Shown in pieces: positions 51,208-63,870 of a stretch of DNA of 64,000 nucleotides. Both the position numbers and the translations under genes were made by a program. Position 1 is the first letter of the stretch. Every line of letters begins with the position of its first letter. Origin of the DNA: Macrostomum lignano (lineage: Eukaryota); contig NIVC01000413.1 in the NCBI GenBank assembly GCA_002269645.1, positions 434,001 to 498,000 on the forward strand, given 5' to 3'. A model generated the notes under the pieces. It ran no database searches, was not told the origin of the DNA, and worked only from the letters and a program-made list of their open reading frames with translations.

Positions 51208-52189
51208 GACTTAGACTCACGAAGCCAAACACCAGGTGCTATTTCTGTTTACATTAGCAGCATTCTGACGCCAGAGGTCACCTAAATAGTACAATATACA
51301 TGTTGGCTCAGACCCTGGTGCTGGCGGGGGTGTTGGCTCAGACCCTGATGCTTTGCTTCCCTTCAAAATGGAATGGCGCCCCTTCAAAATGGAATGGCGC
51401 CCCTTCAAAATGGAATGGCGCTCCTCAAGTGAAATGGCGCCCATCCCAAAAGACGGTCTGATCCCTTTCATGCTATACTCAGCAACATTGAAAAGTCGCC
51501 ACCCTTTGCCCCAGTGAGCAGTGTCCATCGACCAGCGTCTATCACAGGACCAACCCATTTGATATTAATGCTTAAAAAACAATTAAAACCGGGCGGAAGC
51601 TTCAATCCATCCAATATTCGCCCTCCGCTCTTCCCAATCCCTCCTCACCCAGCCCAGCTCTGTGTCGCGTGGCGCAAGTTGCGTCACTCAAAAGTCAATA
51701 ACTGAGCTGGAATATACTGAGCACTCTCAAAGGTGGCAACTTTTTAATGTTGTTGAGTATAACTCTGCTAACGTTGGAATGCTTTAAACCATGGGAAAAT
51801 ATGCAAGGACGTTGCCGCTTACAATTAAACGGAGCGAACCATCGGAAGGTAAGATAATGGGATTTGTGCTGAAAAAGGAAAACTACCTTTCTTGCAAATG
51901 CATACTGCAGATACATGCAAAACTGACATGCAGCGACAATTATGTAACTTGTCCTTACCTTAGTTGCCCATGGCTTTAATCACCGATAATTTATCCAGTT
52001 TAAATTAATTGCTTCAAACGATATATTGCATCAGTGGCAAAAGTACAAGTGGAGTGATTGCGTAATAAAACTAAACTAATAACCATTAGATGTTTATCAT
52101 ACAGAAAAAGTTTTTTATGATATTTTCAATGCATAAATCAGCCTTAATTGGAAGATTAATTTCAAAATTGCAAACGCCCCAGCGTGCAC

Positions 52190-52345
52190 GCACTTTCACA
52201 CAGGTGCTCAGCACGAGGGCCCCGTCGACTCACTTACGGCATGTACACTCTCTGAGCCTTGGGGTAATAAACTGGCCCTCACGAGTGAAGGCAATTAACC
52301 TGCACGATGGACTTGCGCGACAGCCAATAGCGTCAGAGCTGGGCC
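52190..52345 (-). mobile_element. Partial SINE family B copy
   Basis: Minus strand GTGAGGGCCAG...CCCCAAGGCTCAGAGAGTGTACATGC...CCTGTGTGA matches the family core. Confidence 0.5.
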
Positions 52346-52391
52346 ACTTCGCCACCCCAAACCAATGCTGCGACTGAAGAACTTTCTAGTC

Positions 52392-52430
52392 TATAAAAGC
52401 AGGTAAAAATTGACTCACTCAAACACAAAA
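52392..52430 (+). promoter_or_regulatory. Candidate TATA box and initiator of the PAN-domain gene
   Basis: TATAAAAG at 52392-52399, TCACTC about 30 bp downstream, then a 5'-UTR intron (GTAAGT at 52510 to CCTGCAG ending 52710) and AATAAA at ~53164. Confidence 0.55.
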
Positions 52431-52718
52431 TCATCTCAGGATCGGTTGCAAAATACTACAAGCGTAATTTCTAGTTTATTATTACCGAGAGTCAACCACA
52501 AAAGCTTGGTAAGTTTCTGTCAATCTTTGTTTGCTCTTGTAATTACTTTAGATAGGTCTTTAAGATTAAGAAGGCCATTTAAGCCTACACTTGACCGGCT
52601 CTAAACCACTTTCAGAACAACCACTTCATGGTCCTAAATTCCAGGAATATCTTTAAGCTTTTATTCATTAATATTTAAGGCGTCCTTTCATCGCAATTTA
52701 AATTTCCTGCAGAGCGCA

Positions 52719-53039
52719 ATGATGGCCGGCCGTATCAGCTCGTTGAAGGTTCTACTGGTGTTCGCGGGTCTCCTTTGCGCCGTGTCAACTCAAGTAGAGG
52801 CCCGACGCATCCGCTGGAACGGCAACTGGGCGTTCGGTTGCGACTTCTACAACCGCGATCTGAAGAATGAGCGGATGCCCGGCGAGCAGTGCGGCGGCGC
52901 CTGCGCCCGAACGTACCGCTGCACCCACTTCGCCTGGACCCGCTACAACGGCGGCACCTGCTGGATGAAGTTCGGCAGCGTGACTAAGAGTGACGCCTTC
53001 TCAACCGGAGACAACACGATGGTGTGCGGCGTTGTCTAA
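52719..53039 (+). CDS. Secreted single PAN/apple-domain protein (106 aa)
   Basis: Signal peptide (KVLLVFAGLLCAVSTQVEA|RR); six-Cys apple pattern CDF..DL...CGGAC.....CTHFAWT...GGTCWMK...C; strongly C/G-ending codons. Confidence 0.85.
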   Translation: MMAGRISSLKVLLVFAGLLCAVSTQVEARRIRWNGNWAFGCDFYNRDLKNERMPGEQCGGACARTYRCTHFAWTRYNGGTCWMKFGSVTKSDAFSTGDNTMVCGVV

Positions 53040-54070
53040 AAAACTGAACTGTTGCAGCCCCGATCCGAGCCAGGTTCTACGACTGTTTTAAGACTCTCGG
53101 TAACAGCTGTGACACTTGCTAATTTTTACTGTTTTAACAAAATAATCCTGAATAATCTAAACAAATAAACAGCATCGGTAAATTTTATCGGCTCTTGTAA
53201 TCGATAAATTAAACAATAACTATTCGACTTTTTTAAGTGCAATTTCTCTATGAAGATAAAATTCAAACCATAAATCAGATGATGCATAAATTAATCCAGC
53301 TTGTTTATTTATCAGTATGTAAAATAATTAAACAATATCCAGCTTAAAAAGCAAATTACAAGTAGTATATATAACGAGAGTTACGAGTGAAGCAAAGACC
53401 TGACCAGACTGTACTATAATGTATTATAATAGACTGCAAAACCAAAGACAATTGATGCACAGATAATAGCATTAGTGAGCAGTGATGTAAATTTAATAGG
53501 CAATTAACCCAGTTTACCATCATGAACATAAGAGCTTAGAAATTAAGTCTGTAATAATATTACCAATCACCAATAATCACTCGCTCTGCAAACATTAGTC
53601 TGGCTTTGTTAATTTATTATAAAGCAGGTGGAGAGTTTTAATTTAAATTAGCGAATGTCGTTCTATAGCCTTAGGAGTTAATATAATTTAGTTCCGGTCC
53701 CCTAATGCACCCTATTATAGTAGCAGCTCCTCTGAGCTCCGAGTACGCACACACACACTGATACGCGCGCAGTCACACGGCTGTCATGGGCGCGAATCTT
53801 GTTGGAATGGGTATATTTTGAAAAATCGCAATTAAAACTCGCAGCTTGCCTACTAACTGCCTCAAAAGAGTAGTATAAATTGCGCATGAACGCTAAATTA
53901 CGAATTTCTACAATTATACGCTCGTAGATCATACATGGGTAAGGGCTACCAAAAGTTGAAGGTTGATCGAACCTGACAGCTCAACCTGGCCCAAAGATGT
54001 CGATTTACGTCGTACCTGCAAGTGGCGTTTCTTTGTTGGTGATGAATCCGGCCTAATACATGCTTACAGG

Positions 54071-54192
54071 TTTTTATTTTAGAACGAAGAACGACTGCGC
54101 AACAAGTTATAGCTCACGTTTGCACAGCCAAGACAGGCGATGACTCGCGTCAATTGAAGCTAATTGAGCCGGTCCTGCTTTGGACTCACTCG
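54071..54192. repeat. ~120-bp dispersed repeat, copy 2 (same orientation as copy 1)
   Basis: Homologous to 51087-51207 with small indels. Confidence 0.85.
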
Positions 54193-55292
54193 GGTAGAGA
54201 GCCGGACGATCTGGCTTGGAGGTTATCAGCCAGCTGGCAGTCCTGAGAGCCGGATGGCGGCCGCATGGTACTGGGTCAGCTGCAACCTCACTGTGGACGA
54301 CTCTCTCTGTGGGGCTACAATGAACCGAATAATGCTGGAGACGAAAGAATTCACTATTTTCATAATTACATTAATCTACTTTGCCAAGGCTGAAGTAGCT
54401 TCGAATTTCAAGTGTTTGAAGAATTTTCATATTTCTATGTAGAATAACTTAAAGATTTAATTTCAAAGATAATTTGAAAAACAAACATTTTTCGGTCTGC
54501 TTAACTTGTATAATATTTCAGCTGATTATGATTCTGCAGCTAAATGTATGTGGCTGCTGTAATAATTACTTGAATCTCCGGCAATTGTTCCTTGAAAGTA
54601 GTGCATGGTGCGTAGGATCCTTGAACAGGTGAATATTAATTTACAAAGGCAAATCCATGGCATTTCATTTCCATGCTTGCCGATCCAACAACTAACAGCA
54701 AAATCAACAGCAACAACAACAACAACAACAACAACAACAAAATAACGACATTAAGAACAAGCAAGTAGAACAACAGTAGCAACTAAACATATAACCACTA
54801 ATAGCAACAATAGAAATATACATGAAGCTACAACAAAATAACAGTTAAAATAACAATAAACACAAAAACAACAACGACACCAACAACAGAGACAACAACA
54901 ATAATAATAAGACATTCACACTGTCATCAAGGTTTTTTGAAAGAAAATGACAACGTCAACAGCGCCACACAGGGCACGCCTCAAAGCTTGAGCCTACTCA
55001 AACAACAGATCAGACAGTCAACAAAATGGCGAGTGCGCGCCTTGTCCTCTCCGGTAGTATGGGCTGTTTGCAGCCACGGCAGCAGGCTGCAGGTGCTTCA
55101 AGGTTTGAAGGTTTGAAGCTCTGACCTTGAAGGTGCTTCAACCTGCCGTTTTTTGCTCATATAGCGTCCAAGTCTTAGAACAACAGGCTCGCGGACTTCA
55201 GGTTGTAAAAAACAGTTTAATCCTAAACTTGAAAATCATATTATTCATTCAGTAGTATATTCTACAGAATCGCTTTCTAACTTAGGGATGCC

Positions 55293-55480
55293 CTAGCCTA
55301 GTGGTTTAGTGCAACGCTCTGATGTCCCAGCGGCCCAGGCTCGATTCCAAGTGCAGTCACATTAATTTGAAGCTAAATTGGAATCTCGGCTTGGCTTTTT
55401 GGTCATGCAACTGACGCCCTTGAGGCCCAACCACCAAGGCACAGTGAAGTGTACATGCTGCGCCAGAGTCCCGTGACCCT
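55293..55480 (+). mobile_element. SINE family B copy with tRNA-like head
   Basis: A-box-like TAGCCTAGTGGTTTAG, B-box-like GGCTCGATTCC; body matches 42445-42600. Confidence 0.75.
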
Positions 55481-55989
55481 AACTAACTAAAAATATCTAA
55501 ATCATCGGGTAATGTTGCCACCTAAGAATAACAAATTTTGCAGTTTAGATTCTTACTTAAGTGCCAAGCAATTATGTCAATTCAAATTCGCACAACTGTT
55601 TCAATAGAAAATATCGGTGCAACTGGGAGCCGAGTTCGGCCTAATAAACAGCCACGAAAAATTAATATTCAGAGACAAACGTGAAAAAGTTAGCTCGCAA
55701 TCCTAAATTAGCATTCGAAAGTAGCTTTATAACAAAAAAATCAAGGCCAAATAGAATTTTCAGAACTTGAAAAATTTAAATGAGAAATCATAAATTAAAA
55801 CATTTAATAAAACACACCAGTTCTGAACTTTACTGCGTTTTTCGCGATGCAGATTTTCACGTTTTATATCATTGAATTTCTGCCAACTCCGAGGCCATTA
55901 GAGTGCTGTTTTAAATAATTTAAAAGTGTCAGATGCTCATCTGGTATCTGCAGAACCACAGAATGTACCTACTCGTAGAATGTATGAAC

Positions 55990-56420
55990 AACTGCAGTAG
56001 AAGGATATTTCTGTAGTCTATTACCGTGCCTGAGTCGGGAAGAAAAATGTTTCTGTAGTTTATTTCCGTACCCAAGTGGGTAATAAAAACGTTTTTGTAG
56101 TTTATTTCCGTGCCCAAGGAAATAAAAACGTTTCTGTAGTTTATGGACCAGCGCAAGTGGAAAATAAATACGTTTCTGTAGTCTATGGCCCAGCCTAAGT
56201 GGGGAATGAATACGTTTCTGTAGTTTATGGCCCAGCCTAAGTGGATAATAAATACGTTTCTGTAGTTTATGGCCCAGCCTAAGTGGGGAATGAATACGTT
56301 TCTGTAGTTTATGGCCCAGCGCAAGTGGATAATAAATACGTTTCTGTAGTCTATGGCTCAGCCTAAGTGGGGAATGAATACGTTTTTTTAGTTTTGTGTA
56401 GGTCGGGTCCAAGTGGGAAA
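55990..56420. repeat. 42-bp minisatellite
   Basis: TTTCTGTAGTTTATGGCCCAGCCTAAGTGGGGAATGAATACG units. Confidence 0.88.
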
Positions 56421-57220
56421 TGAAGAAATGAAAAATACTAAAACACCAATACTTTTCATATCGTTGTTTTATTTACTCCATTCTAGTTTATTTGAATTTG
56501 AAGTTGAAGTTGAAAGGCGTCTAATTGAATAAACAAGACTTATTAAAATGTTGAAGTAAAGTTATTTAAAATGGCGCCAGGTTCCAGGGGTTATAAATAA
56601 TAGCGTTATCCATTAAAAGTCAAATTAATACGCATTTTATAGGTTGGCTTATTCGACTTATTTAATTTTGCGGGCAGCTAAGCTGAGAAGACAAGAGAAA
56701 GTTTTGAGTGTTTTAGAACTAACTCAAGTCAGAACTCTTTAGAGACATGCTATCTGTAAAATAATGAAAAGTATATGTAAGTGGATTAAAAAGTATGTGT
56801 TCGATGGGTATGTGTTTAAATGGGAAGCATTTTGACTCTTGGTAGGGTTATGGCTCAGGTTAGGGCTATGGTTTAGGTTAGGATTACGGTTTATAGGCTA
56901 GGGTTTTAGTTCAGGTTATGATTATGGTTTAGGTTAGCGTTGTGATTTAGGCTAGAACTTAGATTTTAAGTTAGGTTCGATAGTTGATTTTTGGTCTGTC
57001 AAATTTATCTTTTAATGATGACGTAGCTTAAAGTTATATTTGAAAGGTAACCTTTCGAATAAATTTGTTATACATACATGTATAGGTATTTTTAAAGGTA
57101 TGCTTTTTCGAGAAATACACGTGCCATTTTGCTAGATTTGCATAAATCTGATTGACATATCAATGGGACTAAAACGGTACGAAAACGGGACTTCGATGAA
57201 AAAAAATATAGATTTTAATA

Positions 57221-57810
57221 CGAGGAGTGTCCAAAAAGTATAATGGGAATTTCCAACTTAACTTATAGTTGAATTCCTGAGATAGACGAATGGCGCTGAC
57301 GTTAAATGAAAGCGGCTTCAGCTATCTATAACTTCTGTCCAATCTAGTACTGTGACCCTAGGTATAGCTTACAGAAAATGACTTTAATCAACCCGCCGAT
57401 GCTGCACCATGACAACGCCCGACCACACACGGCTTCAAGGACACTGAAGGCAATTCGACGCATTAAGATTGAACTCTTGCCTCACCCACCTTGCTCTCCA
57501 GCAAATTTTTGTCTTTTTCCGAGGCTGAAGGAGCTGCTAAGAGTCTACACCAATCGCACTTCCTTGAAGAAGAGGTTCGGCGCCTCCTTATTTATGCGAT
57601 TCCCAAGGAGCAGTACGCGCATGCCATTGATTCACTGATTCACTCATTCAAATGCGTCAACTGCAACGGTGACTACGTGGAGAAGGTTTCCATCCTCAAC
57701 GACAAGGATATTTGAGTGTGACTTTGACTATCATGTTTAGAACTTTTAACATTTAACGTCAGCGCCATTCATCTATCTGAATCCAACTATGAGTTAGGTT
57801 GGAAATTCCC
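57221..57810 (+). mobile_element. Internally deleted mariner element carrying only the transposase 3' end
   Basis: TA-preceded left end CGAGGAGTGTCCAAAAAG; ~65-bp inverted subterminal repeat (GGGAATTTCCAAC.TAAC...ATGGCGCTGACGTTAAATG); motifs LHHDNARPH, PHPPCSP, GDYVEK; the right terminal ~25 bp is missing. Confidence 0.8.
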
Positions 57811-57869
57811 GAGAATAACGAGAATATCAACATGTGCCTATGCGGGCACATGTTAAACTATAGTTTTAG

Positions 57870-60800
57870 TCATTCAGTATTCTGTTCATCAGCTAGCAGC
57901 ATAGCGTACAGCTGTTTATCCGCCATGCAGCCCTTCATAAATTCCTCTCGAGACAGCACCCCGTCGCCATTGTCGTCCATTTTTTCGAAGATTTCGACGG
58001 TTCGATCTTCCGGCGACATGTCCACGTTGGACTCGTCGGCGCCAAGCATGCTGTAGATGGCCTGTTTGGTTGGGCAGGTTGCCGGGTGGAAACCACACTG
58101 AGGTTTTTTATTAGACTCAAGCAAGGTTTTCAGGTGCAAAATATGAAAACAAAGTTGATAGCACCCAATTTCGGTTACAAAAATTTATGTCAGAAGCTCG
58201 AAGATTGATGTCAGGGGTGTGGTATCAAGATTGATGTCAGGGGTGTGGTATCAAGATTGATGTCAGGGGTGTTGTGTCAAGATTGATGTCAGGGGTGTGG
58301 TATCAAGATTGATATCAGGAGTGTACTAAGCTTGATGTCAGGAGTGTACCAAGATTGATGTCAGGGGTGTACCAAGATTGATGTCAGGGGTGTACCAAGA
58401 TTAATGTCAGGGGTGTACCAAGATTGATGTCAGGGGTGTACCAAGATTGATGTCAGGGGTGTACCAAGATTGATGTCAGGAGTGTACCAAGATTGATGTC
58501 AGGAGTGAACCAAGATTGATGTCAGGGGTGTACCAAGATTGATGTCAGGGGTGTACCAAGATTGATGTCAGGGGTGTACCAAGATTGATGTCAGGGGTGT
58601 ACCAAGCTTGATGTCAGGAGTGTACCAAGATTGATGTCAGGAGTGTACTAAGCTTGACGTCAGGAGTGTACCAAGATTGATGTCAGGAGTGTACCAAGAT
58701 TGATGTCAGGGGTGTACCAAGATTGATGTCAGCGGTGTACCAAGATTGATGTCAGGGGTGTACCAAGATTGATGTCAGGGGTGTACCAAGATTGATGTCA
58801 GGGATGTACCATGATTGATGTCAGGGGTGTACCAAGATTGATGTCAGGGGTGTACCAAGATTGAAGTCAGGAACCCCCAAGACAGATATCAGGAGCACAA
58901 AGACAGACGTCAGAAACACAAAAACCTATCCTGACGCCAAAAAATTCCCACCTTGATAATCTCAACCATTTCAGACTTTTCAATCGTCCCATTTCCGTCG
59001 ATGTCGTACATCTGGAAGGCCCACTCCAGCTTGTCCTGCGGCTTGCCACCCGAAGTGATGTTAATAGCTAGCAGGAACTCTTTAAAGTCAATTTTGCCCG
59101 AATTGTCCTTGTCGAATGTGCGAAACACGTGCGTGCAGAACTGTTCCGCGTCGCCGTCGGGAAAGAAGCCGGAGTAGACTTCGATAAACTTCCGCTTGCT
59201 CAGCTGGCCTGATGGACAGTCGCGCTGGAATGAGTTTCAGAGTTTCATGCTCAGCTGGGTTTAATGATGTACAGCTGACTCAAGTAGAAGTGGGCGCCCC
59301 ACTCAAATGAAAATGGCACCCTGCACTCAAATGAAAATGGCACCCTGCACTCAAATGAGAATGGCACCCTGCACTCAAATGAAAATGGCACCCGCTTTCA
59401 AATGAAAATGGCACCCTGCACTCAAATGAAAATGGCACCCTACTCAAATCAAAATGGCACCCTGCACTCAAATGAAAATGGCACCCGCTTTCAAATGAAA
59501 ATGGCACCCTGCACTCAAATGAAAATGGCACCCTACTCAAATCAAAATGGCACCCTGCACTCAAATGAAAATGGCACCCGCTTTCAAATGAAAATGGCAC
59601 CCTGCACTCAAATGAAAATGGCACCCTACTCAAATCAAAATGGCACCCTGCACTCAAATGAAAATGGCACCCGCTTTCAAATGAAAATGGCACCCTGCAC
59701 TCAAATGAAAATGGCACCCTACTCAAATCAAAATGGCACCCTGCACTCAAATGAAAATGGCACCCGCTTTCAAATGAAAATGGAACCCTGCACAGGCTGC
59801 ACTCAAATGAAAATGGCACCCTACACTCAAATGAAATGGCAACCTGCACTCAAATGAAAATGGCACCCTACTCAAATCAAAATGACACCCTACACTCAAA
59901 TGAAATGGCAACCTACACTCAAATGAAAATGGCACCCTACTCAAATCAAAATGACACCCTGCACTCAAATGAAAATGGCACCACACTCAAACAAAGATGG
60001 CACCCTGCACTCAAATGAAAATGGCACCCTGCACTCAAATGAAAATGGCACCCTACTCAAATCAAAATGGCACTTTACACTCAAATGAAAATGGCAACCT
60101 GCACTCAAATGAAAATGGCACCCTACTCAAATCAAAATGACACCCTGCACTCAAATGAAAATGGCACCCTACACTCAAATGAAAATGGCAACCTGCACTC
60201 AAATGAAAATGGCACCCTACTCAAATCAAAATGACACCCTGCACTCAAATGAAAATGGCACCCTGCACTCAAATGAAAATGGCACCCAGTCAAATAAAAA
60301 TGGCACCCTACTCAAATGAAAATGGCAACCTGCACTCAAATGAAAATGGCACCCTACTCAAATCAAAATGGCACCCTACACTCAAATGAAAATGGCACCC
60401 TACTCAAATCAAAATGGCAACCTGCACTCAAATGAAAATGGCACCCTACACTCAAATGAAAATGGCAACCTGCACTCAAATGAAAATGGCACCCTACTCA
60501 AATCAAAATGACACCCTGCACTCAAATGAAAATGGCACCCTGCACTCAAATGAAAATGGCACCCAGTCAAATAAAAATGGCACCCTACTCAAATGAAAAT
60601 GGCACCCAGTCAAATCAAAATGACACCCTACTTAAATCAAAATGGCACCCTACTCAAATAAAAATGGCACCACACTCAAATAAAAATGGCACCCAGTCAA
60701 ATCAAAATGAAACCCTACTCAAATCAAAATGACACCCTACTCAAATGAAAATGGCACCACACTCGAATGAAAATGGCAACCCAGTCAAATAAAATAACAA

Positions 60801-60962
60801 GAACCAGGGGTTCTCATAACTCGTAAGTTACATGTACACTATACTCACAGTGAATCCGCGATACCATAGTTTAATCTGTTTCTTAGTAAATTTAGTATTG
60901 GACAAAAGAAACTGCATGTCCTCTTTTGGCAGCTTCCGACGTGGTCCAATGATGTTGCCCAT
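57870..60962 (-). CDS. Neuronal calcium sensor (neurocalcin/hippocalcin/NCS-2-like), 192 aa; exons 60962-60849, 59224-58952, 58061-57870
   Basis: MGN N-terminus (myristoylation Gly2), WYRGF..DCPSG non-functional EF1, canonical loops [36 protein letters not shown]; two phase-0 GT-AG introns. Confidence 0.93.
58200..58872. repeat. 23-bp minisatellite in NCS intron 2
   Basis: GATTGATGTCAGGGGTGTACCAA units. Confidence 0.95.
59298..60790. repeat. 22-24-bp minisatellite with a 93-bp higher-order period in NCS intron 1
   Basis: CACTCAAATGAAAATGGCACCCTG units; the CCCGCTTT variant recurs at 59391, 59484, 59577, 59670. Confidence 0.95.
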
Positions 60963-61159
60963 TGGTTTTCAAGCATTGGAGTCAGTGTTACTAATCAAGT
61001 AAATAGCGTCTACACCAGAGTTCACAGCAATAGTTATACAAATATCCGAGCTCGCACACGCTTTTCATTGGAACAAACTCAACGAATCAGATCAACTCAA
61101 ATGGGAGAAATTTACTAAATCAGACGGAGGTTTAGTGCATGCACGATCACTAGTCGTTT

Positions 61160-62052
61160 GAGGACCTCTGAGAGCACCTGGACTGTAGTTTAATGCAGTC
61201 CGATTAGCATAAGGACCTCTGAGAACACCTGGACTGGAGTTTAAAACAGTCCGGTCTGCATAAGGACCTCTGAGAACACCTGGACTGGAGTTTAAAACAG
61301 TCCGGTCTGCATAAGGACCTCTGAGAACACCTGGACTGTAGTTTAATACAGTCTGGTCTGCATAAGGACCTCTGAGAACACCTGGACTGGAGTTTAAAAC
61401 AGTCCGGTCTGTATAAGGACCTCTGAGAACACCTGGACTGGAGTTTAAAACAGTCCGGTCTGTATAAGGACCTCTGAGAACACCTGGACTGGAGTTTAAA
61501 ACAGTCCGGTCTGCATAAGGACCTCTGAGAACACCTGGACTGGAGTTTAAAACAGTCCGGTCTGCATAAGGACCTCTGAGTATAACTTCAAGGACTGGAG
61601 TTTAATACAGTCCGGTCTGCATAAGGACCTCTGAGTATAACCGCAAGGACTGGAGTACAGTCCGGTCTGCATAAGGACCTCTGAGTATACATGTAACTGC
61701 AAGGACTGGAGTTTAATACAGTCCGGTCTGCATAAGGACCTCTGAGTATAACTGCAAGGACTGGAGTTTAATACAGTCCGGTCTGCATAAGGACCTCTGA
61801 GTATAACTGCAAGGACTGGAGTTTAAAACAGTCCGGTCTGCATAAGGACCTCTGAGTATAACTGCAAGGACTGGAGTTTAATACAGTCCGGTCTGCATAA
61901 GGACCTTAGAGTATAACTGCAAGGACTGGAGTTTAAAACAGTCCGGTCTGCATAAGGACCTCTGAGTATAACTGCAAGGACTAGAGTTTAATACAGTCCG
62001 GTCTGCATAAGGACCTCTAAGTATAACCGCAAGGACTGGAGTTTAAAACAGT
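61160..62052. repeat. 51/55-bp minisatellite upstream of NCS
   Basis: GGACCTCTGAGAACACCTGGACTGGAGTTTAAAACAGTCCGGTCTGCATAA switching to a 55-bp variant near 61570. Confidence 0.95.
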
Positions 62053-62671
62053 ATACTGCTGTTCATTTCTTCACAACACTCCAGGCAATATAAATATTGT
62101 AGAAACATTCTAACACAATGTGTACATGTAGTTTAATAAGAATTTTTGTGGTGGCTCCGGGTCCAAAAGTCGACTGATTCCCTTACACCCCTTAGCAGGC
62201 CTACTAGGAGCAGGAGAGTCGCAGAATCGAGGGTAAACTGCAGGGCTTGGGTTGCAGCAGGGCGTTATAGAATATCAGTTATAGCTAGCATGGACTGCAA
62301 AGAGGGGTTGGGGAGCAGAAAACGGAGGGAAAGCTATCGTTAAGCCGCGCTCACTCGCATCCATTTTCCTTTTTTGCATGGGCTCCATTTCTCGGCTTTC
62401 ATTCCCAATGCCTTATCGACACCAGCTACGAGCTTCCTATAGCAGTAGTGTGTTCTGTGCGGGTGTGTATGTTTGCAAACCACAGCCTGCTGTTTCTCGG
62501 GCAGTTCCGGTTGGAAAGAACATTTTCGCTCAGGAATCCGTTTCCTGATCCCGATCCCAATCTTCTAAATCTCTTTCCTTTAGCAATGGTTTGTTCGGAT
62601 TTTTTGTTTGCTCTTTGTAAAACATACAGCAGTGCAATGCGAATTTGGAGACGGATATAGAAGCATATGGG

Positions 62672-62740
62672 GCTGAACTATTGATGAAGCCAAGCGGCAA
62701 CACGTCTGACTGTCGTGCCAGAGTGCCCGGGTTCGATTCC
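62672..62740 (+). other. tRNA-like head (probable SINE 5' end or tRNA-Asp-derived pseudogene) abutting a (TCTA)n tract
   Basis: AGCCAAGCGG A-box-like motif, CTGTC loop, GGTTCGATTCC B-box; the anticodon arm is non-canonical and no acceptor stem is evident. Confidence 0.4.
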
Positions 62741-62741
62741 T

Positions 62742-62802
62742 GTCTATCTATCTACATGTATCTGAGTATTTATCTATCTATCTATCTATCCATATATCTA
62801 TG

Positions 62803-62851
<49 letters not shown>

Positions 62852-62964
62852 GTCTATCTATCTATCTATGTATCTATTTATCTATCTATGTATCTATCTA
62901 CCTATCTATCTGTCTATCTATCTATCTATCTATCTATCTATGTATCTATCTACCTATCTATCTG

Positions 62965-62997
<33 letters not shown>

Positions 62998-63088
62998 GTA
63001 TCTATGTATCTATCTACCTATCTATCTGTCTATCTATCTATCTATGTATCTATTTATCTATCTATGTATCTGTCTGTCTATCTATCTA

Positions 63089-63120
<32 letters not shown>

Positions 63121-63190
63121 TCTTATATCTATGTATCTATCTATGAATCTATCTGTCTGTCAAACTATCTATCTTCCTATCATCTATCCA
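62742..63190. repeat. (TCTA)n microsatellite
   Basis: Source of the YLSI ORFs. Confidence 0.97.
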
Positions 63191-63870
63191 TCTATAATAA
63201 AAGTACTTCACTTTTAAGAACTAAATGTGCACGGAATCCAGCGTAAAAAGTGACCACTTTGTTTACAGTGAGTTGACACACATCTGGTGTTTTAAGGATC
63301 TGTGGTTTAAACCCAATCGGCCTTATTGGCAACTGTATACGAGTTACAGGGCAGTCTCCGCAGCAAGTGCGGAAGTTGAAGTACGCCACATATCGCAATA
63401 AACTAAAAAGAAAGATATTGCAACGTGGACAGCTACGGGGGCCATGGAACGCCGCCAAAATCCGATCAAGCTTATTAACAAAATGCCGGACGAAAAGAAT
63501 AATAGGACAGAATTGGATTGAAGTTGATTAAATCTCCCGTATATTGAGCTATTATTGAATTATAACAGCTATGGGGCGGTAACTTCCTGAGAAATCGGCA
63601 GTCCAGTCAACAGCATTGGCTCATAAATCCCTATTGAATAGCATATAAAGAGCTTAGTTAAGACTTATACATAATGCTATATTCCACTATTTACGCATAA
63701 GCAAAGTTTTCAAAGAACTTGCTGATTAAGTTTTTTCCCCAGACTAGATAGAAGCGAAATATTCTTCTATAGTTGAATTTGTAACGGTCACACACCTGGG
63801 ATTCAATATATACAGGGCTATAAAAAGTGTATAAAAATATTATTGTTATTACAACTACTAATACTATAAT

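Noticed and set aside
59280-60732. CHFHLS / QMKMAP ORFs
   Set aside because: NCS intron-1 minisatellite.
62660-62710. Hammerhead-ribozyme-like TGATGA motif
   Set aside because: Lacks the required CUGAUGA...GAAA core and flanking stems.
62672-62740. Functional tRNA-Asp gene
   Set aside because: The anticodon arm has wrong geometry and no acceptor stem could be paired; kept only as a tRNA-like fragment. tRNAscan-SE would settle it.
62645-63246. YLSI-repeat hydrophobic ORFs
   Set aside because: (TCTA)n microsatellite.
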